Assembly (NCBI GenBank): GCA_026625185.1
Contig: CP113000.1
Span: forward strand, 2,475,622-2,507,621
Length of the DNA: 32,000 nucleotides
From: Thermodesulfobacteriota bacterium
GTDB lineage: Bacteria > Desulfobacterota > WTBG01 > JAGOGO01
Direction: 5' to 3'
The position numbers were made by a program, and so were the translations under genes. Below the pieces are notes generated by a model, which worked only from the letters and a program-made list of their open reading frames with translations, ran no database searches and was not told the DNA's origin. Numbering within the stretch: the first letter of the stretch is position 1; each line of letters begins with the position of its first letter. This document shows, one piece after another, positions 1-8,344 of the stretch.

Positions 1-2066
1 AAAAAAGCCAGGTTATTTTCTGCTACCCAGAATTTTGGTATATTGGCAACCCCCTGTTCATAAACAGCAATTGCGTTCGGAAAGTCTTTTATCCCTTCAT
101 AAACCTGGCCGAGTAATAAATAGGCCGCAGGGTTTTTCGGATTAGCCTTTAAAGCCGTCCGGAACTTCTCAATGGCAACATCGCTCTTTCGTTGAGCGAG
201 ATAGAGCTGGGCGAGAGCATTATATGGATCCGACCATTGGGGCTTAATCTCGATTGCTTTTTGCAAGGCTTCTTCAGCCTGAGGATAATTCTTCTTGGCG
301 GCATAGACCTGGCCGAGTAGGAAGTAGGAAGAAGCATCCTTGGGATTTTGATTAATCCGTCTCGTGCAGGTTGCCAGTGCTTCCGGATACTTTTCCTGGC
401 GGAGATAAAGGCTAATGAGGGATTGCAGGATTAATGGTGCATTGGGATTAAGCTGATAGGCCTTTTCGGCTTCTGCAATTGCCTGGTCCCATTTTCCTTC
501 TTTTTGATAAAGACCACTCAGCTTCAAGGGACCAAGAAAAAACCGGGGATCTTGCTCGCTGATGCTCTGGTATTCCTGTTCCGCCTGAGTGAGGTTACCC
601 GCGGACACAAATACATCTCCCAGGTCTGCCCGCGCTTCAACATCCTTGGGCTTGGCATCTAAAATTTTCCGTAACTGGGTTTCCGCTTCCCGATAGTCCT
701 TTTTTATAACCAACACCCGCGCAAGCATTCTCAGGACCTCCCGCGAATTGGGGTTGACTTTGAGCCCGTTTTTCAGGACATCAGCAGCGAGGTCTATCTC
801 CTGGTTCAAAAGGTGGGCTTTTGCCAGGTTAACATATCCGGCCATAAATTCGGGTTTATCATTGACAATGGCGCGGAATGCTGCCACTGCTTTTTCCCCT
901 TGGTTATCCCCGAGGTTGATGGTTCCGAGCATGAAGTTTGCGTCCAGATTGCGGGGAAATTCTTTGAGGACTTCATTGATAAACTTCTCTGCCTCATTGC
1001 GCTGTCCTTTCAGAAGATAGATTTTGGCCAGGGCGTTTTTGGTCTGAATAATCTCGGGATTGGCCGGATCCTTTTCTAATCCCAGACAGATATTCAGGGT
1101 GGCAATAGCATCAGCGGTTCGGTTCGTGTTCACATAAAGTTCACTCAGGGCCGAACGGAGTTTAAAGCTCTTTTCATTCTGTTTGATGCCGTCCTTTAGC
1201 TCCTGCTCAGCCTCAGGGAACATTTTTTTGGAAATATAAAATTTACTAACCAGAAGCCAATTGTCTTCTTTTTGCGGGTCAGCGGAAATTATCCCCTGGA
1301 GCAGTTCCCGGCCTTTTTCTTTTTGGTTGGTTGCCCAGTAAAGATTTGCCAGAGCAAGTTTATAAGACCCATTCTTAGGATCAAGCGCGATGATTTTTTG
1401 CAGACATCCAACTGCTTCCTCGGTTTTTCCCTGCTGGCCATAAAAGCCCGCCAGCACGGTCAGCAGAACTACTGACTTGGGGTTGGCTTCAACCCCTTTG
1501 CGAAGCCATTCTTCTGCCTTGGCTGGGTCGTTTTTTTGCTCATAGGCGGTAGCGAGTTGTGCGTATATTTCCGGCCCGGTGGCTTTCCGGTCCATTAGTT
1601 TTTGTAAAATCCCCATAGCCTCGTCAGGCTTTTTCTCCCGCAGGGCGACCGCGCTTTTAAGCAGCAGCGCTTCTTCATTCCCGGGGTTCTCTTTCAGGAC
1701 CAACTCGGCTTTTTCTAACGCTTTGTCATTCATCTGGGCGCCAAAAAAAAGTTTTCCTACCTGGATATGTGCGTCCCAATACTTAGGGTCAAGATCAGCG
1801 GCTTTCACAAAAAAACCGTAGGCCTTCTGGGGGATTCCTTTTTTTAGCTCCACCATGCCCAGCATATAATAGGCCTGGCTGAACTTTGGGTCAATCTGGA
1901 GAGCGTTTTTAAATTCCAGCCCCGCCTTTACATAATCGCCTTTTTCATACAACGACTTTCCTTTGTTGAAGAATTTCGTCTTTTTTTCTTCCGGACCGCC
2001 ACAGGATAATACACTGAGCATTAGTACCATGCTTATGCCCAAAAAAAGCAAACGTCTTAGCTTCAT
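1..2066 (-). CDS. TPR-repeat lipoprotein, PrsT-like (EPS/PEP-CTERM-locus type TPR protein); 3' end runs off the left window edge
   Basis: Absent from the ORF track because no stop codon lies inside the window. Manual translation from ATG 2066-2064 (SD aaggaga ~9 nt upstream) gives MKLRRLLFLGISMVLMLSVLSCGGPEEKKTKFFNKGKSLYEKGDYVKAGLEFKNALQIDPKFSQAYYMLGMVELKKG..., with a signal peptide and lipobox (VLSC). The same frame is still open at bases 3-59 (..EQGVANIPKFWVAENNLAF). TPR-like 34-aa periodicity runs throughout. Only two short out-of-frame minus ORFs compete. Confidence 0.8.
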   Translation of the reverse strand, partial: MKLRRLLFLGISMVLMLSVLSCGGPEEKKTKFFNKGKSLYEKGDYVKAGLEFKNALQIDPKFSQAYYMLGMVELKKGIPQKAYGFFVKAADLDPKYWDAHIQVGKLFFGAQMNDKALEKAELVLKENPGNEEALLLKSAVALREKKPDEAMGILQKLMDRKATGPEIYAQLATAYEQKNDPAKAEEWLRKGVEANPKSVVLLTVLAGFYGQQGKTEEAVGCLQKIIALDPKNGSYKLALANLYWATNQKEKGRELLQGIISADPQKEDNWLLVSKFYISKKMFPEAEQELKDGIKQNEKSFKLRSALSELYVNTNRTADAIATLNICLGLEKDPANPEIIQTKNALAKIYLLKGQRNEAEKFINEVLKEFPRNLDANFMLGTINLGDNQGEKAVAAFRAIVNDKPEFMAGYVNLAKAHLLNQEIDLAADVLKNGLKVNPNSREVLRMLARVLVIKKDYREAETQLRKILDAKPKDVEARADLGDVFVSAGNLTQAEQEYQSISEQDPRFFLGPLKLSGLYQKEGKWDQAIAEAEKAYQLNPNAPLILQSLISLYLRQEKYPEALATCTRRINQNPKDASSYFLLGQVYAAKKNYPQAEEALQKAIEIKPQWSDPYNALAQLYLAQRKSDVAIEKFRTALKANPKNPAAYLLLGQVYEGIKDFPNAIAVYEQGVANIPKFWVAENNLAF

Positions 2067-2357
2067 ATCGGATGTTCTCCTTATAATCATTATTTTTATT
2101 GCGAAACAAATTTGGGAAGTATTTTCATCAAATACCAATTTTAGTAGGCAATGCTCCAAAGCTTAGTTGGTTAAGTATGCCATGGTTAGAAGAAAATTCA
2201 TAATGAACCCTAAGCATCTCCAACCCTCATTTACAAAAGAAAGGGGGAAAAAAATTTAAAATGCTTTGTCTTTTTTATGGGATTGTCATGTCCGCTTCGG
2301 GCGGACTCGCAATGATGAGGTGTCTTAACCCCATCGTTTTAACCTCCAAGTAAGCTT

Positions 2358-3125
2358 CTAAATCCCATAATACGGTTTTCTTTTTACAGTATGTTGATTT
2401 AAGACAAAACCGATAAATTTTTCCTGGGGGATCACCTCGAGGGCCCTTTTAATGTCTTGAAAAGGCGTCTTGCCGGCCTGCACCACCATCAGAACAGCAT
2501 CCACCCAGGGGGCAAAAGCAATGGCATCCGCGCTGGTCAGGACCGGGGGGAGATCAAACAGGACAAAACGTTCCGGATAGCGGGCTTTCATTCCGCTCAC
2601 CAATTCCTGCATGTGAGGAGAACCGAGGAGTTCGGCGCTGTTCGGAATGGTTCGGCCGCCTGAAATGATGGTGAGCTTTTCCACACCCGGCCAGACAATA
2701 ATGTCTTTTAAAGAGCGGTCTCCTTTAAAAGCATCTCCTAATCCCACCTCGCTTTCATAGCCAAGAAGTTTGTGGATCTTCTGCTGATAAAAGTCGCAAT
2801 CTACCAGAAGGACGGTGTGGTTAAATTCTTTGGCAAAGGTGAAAGCCAGGTTGATTGCGGTTACCGTTTTCCCTTCGCCCGGCAGAGCGCTGGTAATCAT
2901 GATGGTATTCATGTTCCGTTTCTCGGAAACCAGCATTATGTGGTTTCTGAGGATTTTGTAGTGTTCCACCTCTTGTACAAGACCGGTAATCCCCACACAT
3001 CGGTTGCCGGCAGCCTCCTCAAGATTAATCCGGACCGGACGTGATTCATCGTAAACCGGCGATACCCATCCCTCCAGCTTGGCATTCTTTATTATTCCCT
3101 TGAAATCCTGGCTGGTATTTTTCAC
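2358..3125 (-). CDS. BY-kinase-like P-loop ATPase (CpsD/EpsB-type cytoplasmic tyrosine autokinase domain, MinD/ParA fold)
   Basis: 255 aa. Walker A 'PGEGKTVTAINLA', A' 'VLLVDCDF', Walker B 'FVLFDLPPV'. No TM segment, so it is the split partner of the upstream PCP. GTG start with a gaggag SD. The C-terminus has only a YY pair (..KRKPYYGI) rather than a long Tyr cluster. Confidence 0.8.
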   Translation of the reverse strand: MKNTSQDFKGIIKNAKLEGWVSPVYDESRPVRINLEEAAGNRCVGITGLVQEVEHYKILRNHIMLVSEKRNMNTIMITSALPGEGKTVTAINLAFTFAKEFNHTVLLVDCDFYQQKIHKLLGYESEVGLGDAFKGDRSLKDIIVWPGVEKLTIISGGRTIPNSAELLGSPHMQELVSGMKARYPERFVLFDLPPVLTSADAIAFAPWVDAVLMVVQAGKTPFQDIKRALEVIPQEKFIGFVLNQHTVKRKPYYGI

Positions 3126-3172
3126 TGTTTTTCTCCTCTTTATTACAAGGTGAAGCGAAATAAATTAATAAG

Positions 3173-4744
3173 TTAAAAGGCTAAACGCCTCATGAGCCTG
3201 ACCCAGAAGACACCGAGATCCATGACGAAGAAATGAAAAATCAAAAGCCCGACCACCATGGCCAATGCAATACCAACCAGCAGTCTCTTCCGCCTTCTTT
3301 TCTCCTGCATCAATTCCAGGCCAGTGATAAAGACCGGGATACATCCCAGTACCGGGAAAGAAGTTTTGTGGCTGAGGTCCCGTTCATCCAGTATTGAGGT
3401 GTCGGTAAATTCCATGATTGACGCGAAGCCTATTCCGGCCCCGATTGCTAATATCAGACCAATGAGCAGGATGACCAGGCGATTCGGTTTAGTCGGTTTT
3501 TCCGGAACCCGGGCCGGATCGATCAGGGTAAAACGCTCGCCTTTTTGTTCTTTCTCCAGCCCCTGCGATACTTTTGCCTCCATAAACTTGCGCATCAGGT
3601 CATTGTATTTTGCCAGAGTATTTTCTCGTTCTGTGGTGAGGGCGCGGTATTCCGCTTCAACCTTTGGAGTAGTTTCAACACGGCGTTGAAACTCGTTTTT
3701 CTGCTGTTTGACGTTCTGCATCTGCTTTTTTAAGGACGCGATATCCGTCCGGGTGCTGGCGAGCTGGGAAGCGAGGGCCACATAGGCCGGATTATCCCCC
3801 TGAGTTAAAGGAACCTTGGAGGATTCATTCTTTTGGTTTGAGTCGCTGAGACGTTTTTCGAGCTCGGCAATCTCCGTCTTGGTTTTGATCACTTCCGGGT
3901 ACTGGTCGGTAAAACGGCTTTTCAGAAAGTTGAGCTGCACCCTGAGCTGATCCAGCCGGTCCTGATCTTCATTTTGCCGGGGGATGCCGGCAAGCTGGGC
4001 CTGAAGGTAGCCTTCTCTTTCCTGCAGGTTGCGGAGCTGGCTGTTCAATTGCTCTATATTCAGGTCCATGCGGTCCAAACTGTTGAGGTTTATCTGCAGA
4101 AGCTCCGGGAGTTCATTGATGTGTTGTTCTTTGAATTTTGCGAGCCTGCCATCAATGTCAGTCAACTGGGATTTGACGTTTTTCATCTCACCCTTCAGAA
4201 ATAGGGAGGTTTCCAGGGACTGGCGCTCTCGGGTCTGGACATTTTCCTCGAGGTAGAGCGAGGTAAGCACGTTGGCAACCTGATAAACCAGTTGCGGGTT
4301 TTTTCCCTCATAGGAAACCGTAAAAGCAATGGTTGCGGTCGCCGGCCTTCCGGTCCGGGGGTCGATAACATCAGCGCTTATTGTCTTAAAATTAATGTCT
4401 TCCCGCATCTTCTGGACGATTTCTTCAGTGGTGTGCTTTTCCCGCATATCCTGGTAAAGGTTGAAACGGTTGATAATGTCCAGGAGACGGGTAAAGCTCA
4501 TGATCCTCTGGTTAATGGTCTGGAGCCGCTGTTCCACAAAGGTGGTGACCGTAGCCATAACAAAACTAGCAGGAATCTCCTGCCCCTCGATCAGGATGGT
4601 GGAGGTTGAATCATAGATCGGGGGAAGGACAAGAATAATGGTGCCGGCGATGAGTAAAACCAGCAATGCCGGAATGAAAAGACTTTTTTTCCTTCGTTTT
4701 AAAATGGAAAGAATATTGCTTATCGTGAAACCTCTATCCTCCAT
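3173..4744 (-). CDS. Polysaccharide chain-length determinant / polysaccharide co-polymerase (Wzz/GumC family)
   Basis: 523 aa. N-terminal TM followed by a Wzz-type motif 'LPPIYDSTSTILIE'. Long coiled-coil periplasmic region (many Q/E/L/K heptads). C-terminal TM segments (LVILLIGLILAIGAGIGFA; LLVGIALAMVVGLLIFHFFV). ATG start with an aaggag SD. Confidence 0.8.
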   Translation of the reverse strand: MEDRGFTISNILSILKRRKKSLFIPALLVLLIAGTIILVLPPIYDSTSTILIEGQEIPASFVMATVTTFVEQRLQTINQRIMSFTRLLDIINRFNLYQDMREKHTTEEIVQKMREDINFKTISADVIDPRTGRPATATIAFTVSYEGKNPQLVYQVANVLTSLYLEENVQTRERQSLETSLFLKGEMKNVKSQLTDIDGRLAKFKEQHINELPELLQINLNSLDRMDLNIEQLNSQLRNLQEREGYLQAQLAGIPRQNEDQDRLDQLRVQLNFLKSRFTDQYPEVIKTKTEIAELEKRLSDSNQKNESSKVPLTQGDNPAYVALASQLASTRTDIASLKKQMQNVKQQKNEFQRRVETTPKVEAEYRALTTERENTLAKYNDLMRKFMEAKVSQGLEKEQKGERFTLIDPARVPEKPTKPNRLVILLIGLILAIGAGIGFASIMEFTDTSILDERDLSHKTSFPVLGCIPVFITGLELMQEKRRRKRLLVGIALAMVVGLLIFHFFVMDLGVFWVRLMRRLAF

Positions 4745-4834
4745 AGATTTTCTCCTTTTCTCTTTATAGCCTATTGGGCGTAATATTTTGAGCCCCTACA
4801 CCTGACTCCTGTCTCCTGACTTCTTTTATTTCTT

Positions 4835-6112
4835 TTATTCAAAGAACGGGTGCTTGTAAACAAGATTGAAAAAACAAAGGTTCCGGTCCCTCGTGGTGTT
4901 GGCTTCCTGGTCTTTAACCCGGCTAAATTTATAATTAAACTCCACACCCAGATCGTCGTTAAAATCATAGCGGATGGCAGGACTAATGGTATAGGTTTTC
5001 TTATCCAAACTTCTTTTGCTCCCGGAAAACTGCTGGGCGTCCGCCTGGTTTAAAAAATAATTAACCGAAACCTTTCCTAGGAGCTTATCGGTAAAACGCT
5101 GGGATACTGATACGCTCACGTTGGTTCTTTCGGTGGCCCCGTAAGAGGCGCCAGCCGGGCTTACCTCCTGGCTGGCTGTGAGGCGGGCCGAGGTTTTTTC
5201 CCTGTTATAAGTGAGTGCCAAATGTCCTCCGGGCCCCCAGTCTTTTGTGGTTTTTCTCTTAATGTTGGTTACAAAAGGAAACACTATCGTGTTGGTATCG
5301 AATTCCGAGGTGGTGTAGCGGGGACCGGCATCGAGGCTAACGCTCCATTTCTCGCTCAGCGCGTGCCGGGCGCCGATGGTACAGGTATAATTATTGATCA
5401 TGGTATTCCGGGGACGATAAAAGTCTATTTTAGGTGTAAATTCATAGAGGCTTGTCCCCGGATCATTAAGACTGTAATGAGAATAGCCGAGGTTCATCCG
5501 GCCGATGGTAGAAGAGAAAAATTCCTCCAGGTTGTGGGTGAGGCTGAGATTGACCATGTTTCCGACATAATCCATATTGTCAGGATTATCGTAAGTAACC
5601 CGGACAAGGCCATAGGAAAGGTCAGCTACGGTTTTTTCGGAAAGATAATACTCCCCCCCAAAAGAATAATCGTTGGTGTAAGTTGGCTGGGTAGTGTTGA
5701 ACTCCACGCCGGTTACGTCAAGGAATTGGTCGGGTGAGGAATTTTTGCGGTAACGCGCTTCCGTAAAAGTGCTCAGCCTCGGGGTCAGCTGATAATTTAT
5801 TTTCCCGTCCCAAAAGTAGTTCCAGTCGTTAAACTCCGGGTTTTGCTTGTAAACGCGGCGGTCGATCACCCCCAGAAGATTAAATGCGCCCCGTTCGGTT
5901 TTTGTTTCCACCTCAAAACCGGGAGAAAAGGTAGAGATAAACTGGTCTTTTTTGTTCGTCCGGTCAAAAAAAAGGTTATCCGTGTATTCCTCTTTTATAT
6001 TCAACGAGGGAGTAAACGAAATTTCAGCGCTCATAGCCAAATTCGCAAGGATCAAACAAACCGCTAAGAAGAGAAGCAATATTCCGGAGCGTACCTTCTG
6101 CCAAGCCGGCAT
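4835..6112 (-). CDS. Predicted outer-membrane beta-barrel protein of the EPS export module (family not identified by eye)
   Basis: 425 aa. Signal peptide (GILLLFLAVCLILANLAMSA). The sequence is dominated by short alternating-hydrophobic strands rich in Y/N/G/T/S/D, typical of OM barrels. ATG with a ggagg SD. Sits 25 nt downstream of the OPX gene. Confidence 0.65.
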   Translation of the reverse strand: MPAWQKVRSGILLLFLAVCLILANLAMSAEISFTPSLNIKEEYTDNLFFDRTNKKDQFISTFSPGFEVETKTERGAFNLLGVIDRRVYKQNPEFNDWNYFWDGKINYQLTPRLSTFTEARYRKNSSPDQFLDVTGVEFNTTQPTYTNDYSFGGEYYLSEKTVADLSYGLVRVTYDNPDNMDYVGNMVNLSLTHNLEEFFSSTIGRMNLGYSHYSLNDPGTSLYEFTPKIDFYRPRNTMINNYTCTIGARHALSEKWSVSLDAGPRYTTSEFDTNTIVFPFVTNIKRKTTKDWGPGGHLALTYNREKTSARLTASQEVSPAGASYGATERTNVSVSVSQRFTDKLLGKVSVNYFLNQADAQQFSGSKRSLDKKTYTISPAIRYDFNDDLGVEFNYKFSRVKDQEANTTRDRNLCFFNLVYKHPFFE

Positions 6113-6137
6113 CTAAAAACCTCCACCGGTGATCTGA

Positions 6138-6764
6138 TCAAGGAACAACAATCACATCACCCCGTTGGAGCACAATGTTCTGCTCCAGTTTTTTCCCATT
6201 AGACACCTTGTCATAGTCGAATTTAAAGACCTGGGTATTGGCCCCGGTAGTCCGAATTATTTTTATGCTGTCTTTATCCGCGAAAGGCGTTAACCCCCCG
6301 GCCATTGAGAGAGCCTGAAGGACGGTAACATCGGTATGAAGAGGGAACATTCCCGGCCGGTTTGTCCTCCCGATGACATAGACAATGTTACCATTCACCT
6401 CGGCAACCATGACCGAAATGGTCGGCTCAGGCGAATAAGGCGTAATCTTCTTCTCTAGCTCATTTTTGAGCTGGTTTGCGGTTTTCCCCGAGGCCTTGAC
6501 CGCGCCAATCAGGGGGAAGGAGAATGTTCCGTCTGGCAGAACCGTCACCTGGCGCGTAAGGTCCTCGTTTTTCCAGGCAGAGATGTTGAGAATGTCTCCG
6601 GGCCCGATAACATAATTTTCCCTGACCACTTCCTCTTCAGGAGATACAGATAATGATTGGTTATCGGAAGAAGCGTTATTTTTGGCAAGGTTTCCCGGTG
6701 TGGCACAGGATGCTAAGGATAATACCAAAAGAAAAATAAAGCATAAAAATAGCGTCGGTTTCAT
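6138..6764 (-). CDS. Short outer-membrane polysaccharide export (OPX, Wza-like) lipoprotein: Poly_export + one SLBB domain
   Basis: 208 aa. Lipoprotein signal 'LVLSLASC'. Poly_export signature 'YVIGPGDILNISAW'. SLBB-like C-terminus ending 'LQRGDVIVVP'. It ends there with no Wza-type C-terminal amphipathic helix. Strong SD aaaaggaggg. Confidence 0.8.
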   Translation of the reverse strand: MKPTLFLCFIFLLVLSLASCATPGNLAKNNASSDNQSLSVSPEEEVVRENYVIGPGDILNISAWKNEDLTRQVTVLPDGTFSFPLIGAVKASGKTANQLKNELEKKITPYSPEPTISVMVAEVNGNIVYVIGRTNRPGMFPLHTDVTVLQALSMAGGLTPFADKDSIKIIRTTGANTQVFKFDYDKVSNGKKLEQNIVLQRGDVIVVP

Positions 6765-6857
6765 ATTTCTCTTTCCCTCCTTTTTAACAGAACTTTGTCG
6801 GTGCGACCATAATTCGTTAATTGATCCTCTTAAGTGAAAAATCTATCCTGGGTTCAA

Positions 6858-6886
6858 ATTTTACTTTAAATTTTTAAACATTTCAA
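6858..6886 (-). promoter_or_regulatory. Candidate sigma70-type promoter for the export operon
   Basis: On the minus strand: TTGAAA (6886-6881), 17-nt spacer, TAAAAT (6863-6858), ~94 nt upstream of the OPX ATG and outside the IS end. The surrounding DNA is AT-rich, so a chance match is quite possible. Confidence 0.3.
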
Positions 6887-7000
6887 GCTTTAAATGTGTT
6901 TGCGGTTGAAGATTGATATGTCATCCTACAACCTTAACCCTTAGCTGCAAACTTTGTTATAAAAGCGTACCCCTATTATTCCATTTCTTATATTTTTTTA

Positions 7001-7023
7001 CGGAATGTCCCAGATTAAGACAG
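7001..7023. repeat. IS terminal inverted repeat (end distal to the transposase)
   Basis: cggaatgtcccagattaagacag; its reverse complement matches 9282-9304 at 22 of 23 positions. Confidence 0.85.
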
Positions 7024-7041
7024 GGTAATTATTTTTTTAAA

Positions 7042-7348
7042 TTATCAATATCAGAGAGGGAGGCGCTACACGGTTAAACAACTGGTCATGTTGCCCCCGT
7101 GTAACACCCCATTAAGGATGCCATTTGGACAGATTAACGCTTAAAATGACTCGCAGGGGATTTCTGAGGACCAGTCAGACTGTTCCCCCTTGTTGATCGT
7201 CATAAGGTTCTGCCCAAACGAACGCCTTCCCATCATTAGGTAAGTTGCCAGCTTACCAGCAAACTTACTCATATTTGACCTCCTTTCCGCCGCGTTAATG
7301 GCAATTGGAGTGTGGGAAGGCTTACGCCTCCCTCTCTGATATTGATAA
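7042..7348. repeat. Perfect 24-bp inverted repeat pair bracketing a 259-bp segment (candidate invertible segment or nested MITE)
   Basis: 7042-7065 ttatcaatatcagagagggaggcg and 7325-7348 cgcctccctctctgatattgataa are exact reverse complements. The interior 7066-7324 is visibly more GC-rich than the surrounding IS DNA. Confidence 0.85.
7141..7272 (-). CDS. Hypothetical 43-aa small protein inside the IR-bracketed segment
   Basis: Below the ORF-track size cutoff. ATG at 7272 is preceded by aaggagg with a 6-nt spacer. Translation: MSKFAGKLATYLMMGRRSFGQNLMTINKGEQSDWSSEIPCESF. I recognise no family; the only support is the strong SD and an open frame. Confidence 0.25.
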   Translation of the reverse strand: MSKFAGKLATYLMMGRRSFGQNLMTINKGEQSDWSSEIPCESF

Positions 7349-7372
7349 AAATGAAATTAACGTGATAATATC

Positions 7373-7421
7373 AAAAAATAAAAAAGAGGCAATAGTTGGT
7401 TTTTATTGTCTCTTTTTTTTT
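7373..7421 (-). terminator. Candidate intrinsic terminator after the P63C gene
   Basis: Stem 7385-7394 (agaggcaata) pairs with 7404-7413 (tattgtctct) around a 9-nt loop, flanked by an A-tract on one side and a T-tract on the other. On the minus-strand RNA the hairpin is followed by UUUUUUAUUUUUU. The stem is AU-rich with one A.C mismatch on the minus RNA, so it is weak. Confidence 0.4.
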
Positions 7422-7435
7422 AAAGTGAATAGTTT

Positions 7436-8341
7436 TTAATTATCAAACAAATCTAATTGATATGGTTTCCCCATTAATCTTGCGAATGAATTTTCAAATT
7501 TTCGTTTATTAGCTGATGTTTTAAGCAAAGCTATTACTTGCCAAATCAACGATCTTAAAACACGCAATCCTTTTTCTTCATTCATTAATTGAAAAAATCT
7601 TACTCGTCTTATTCCTTTTTCATTAGTTGGGTTTCTTTTATCGAGCTCATCTAAAACAAGTCCTTGCTCAATTGGTTCATAGATATACTTTCTAAGAAAT
7701 TTAGCATAATATTGTGGTCTTTTTCTTGAGGTTGTTCTTAAATTACCATATATGCGGTCCATCTGGAAAAAAAGTTCGTCTGGAAATTCTTTAGACCATT
7801 TTCTAATATCTTCTGCAAGATAACTTTCAACTAAAAGCCTGAGAGCATCTGGGTGTTTATATTTTTCAAATCCTAATTGTTCATATATTAATGCAACGAT
7901 ACCTACTCTTGCAAAGGACCTAATAAGTATTTCACATTTCTGTGCTATGGGAAGTTGATTATCTGTAAGAACTCCAGCTTGTCTTGCTTCTAAATAAACA
8001 TTACACACCAACGGCAGTATGTCTGCATGATAACCGGATATTAATTTTGAGCCGTCATAAAATTCAATGCCCTTTAATTTTTCTTCTAAATCTGGTCTAA
8101 TAAATGGTTGTAAATTTACTGCTCCAATAAAGTTTGGTCTATCTGTTCTACTTGCTCCCTTCCATGCTCGACCAATGGCTTTCATCATCCTTCCTTTATT
8201 GAGAACGGCAGTTCCATCACGAAGAATGTAACACTCTAATTCTACATCAAAAATTTTTACTGGACCTTTATCCCATACTTTTGGAAACTTTTTTATTGTA
8301 ACATCCTTATTTTCTTGATTTTTTACTAATGGACCGCTCAT
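7436..8341 (-). CDS. P63C-domain protein (phage/virus-type domain of unknown function), IS passenger
   Basis: 301 aa. The pattern ..VLNKGRMMKAIGR..RPNFIGAVNLQPFI..IEF..G..GYHADILPLVCNVYLEARQAGVL..QL.IAQKCEILIRSFARVGIVALIYEQLGFE...W.KEFPDELF matches my memory of the P63C family consensus. ATG lies 3 nt after the transposase stop, with an aggag SD. Confidence 0.7.
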   Translation of the reverse strand: MSGPLVKNQENKDVTIKKFPKVWDKGPVKIFDVELECYILRDGTAVLNKGRMMKAIGRAWKGASRTDRPNFIGAVNLQPFIRPDLEEKLKGIEFYDGSKLISGYHADILPLVCNVYLEARQAGVLTDNQLPIAQKCEILIRSFARVGIVALIYEQLGFEKYKHPDALRLLVESYLAEDIRKWSKEFPDELFFQMDRIYGNLRTTSRKRPQYYAKFLRKYIYEPIEQGLVLDELDKRNPTNEKGIRRVRFFQLMNEEKGLRVLRSLIWQVIALLKTSANKRKFENSFARLMGKPYQLDLFDN

Positions 8342-8344
8342 ATT

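Noticed and set aside
2290-2306. GC hairpin gtccgc-ttcgg-gcggac between the kinase and TPR genes, considered as an intrinsic terminator
   Set aside because: It has only a 6-bp stem, and on the minus-strand RNA it is followed by AUGACAAUCCC rather than a U-tract. I cannot support a terminator or any other function.
5222-5737. Plus-strand ORFs of 60-171 aa scattered through the window (for example 5222-5737, 3258-3689, 13125-13505, 9997-10341, 26300-26569)
   Set aside because: Each lies entirely antisense to a long minus-strand gene with clear family motifs. They have low-complexity or odd composition, no SD that I could see and no recognisable motifs, so they are shadow ORFs.
6993-7000. 8-bp target-site duplication expected for an IS1595-family insertion
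   Set aside because: The flanks are ttttttta (6993-7000) and aaattaat (9305-9312), which are not direct repeats. The IRs may extend imperfectly into AT-rich DNA, or the TSD has decayed, so no TSD is claimed.
6765-7000. Sigma-54 (-24 GG / -12 GC) promoter or JUMPStart/ops element upstream of the export operon
   Set aside because: I scanned the minus-strand reading of this region by eye and found no TGGCAC-N5-TTGC-like or GGCGGTAG match. The only GGCGGTAG in the window (1546-1553) is on the wrong strand inside the TPR gene.
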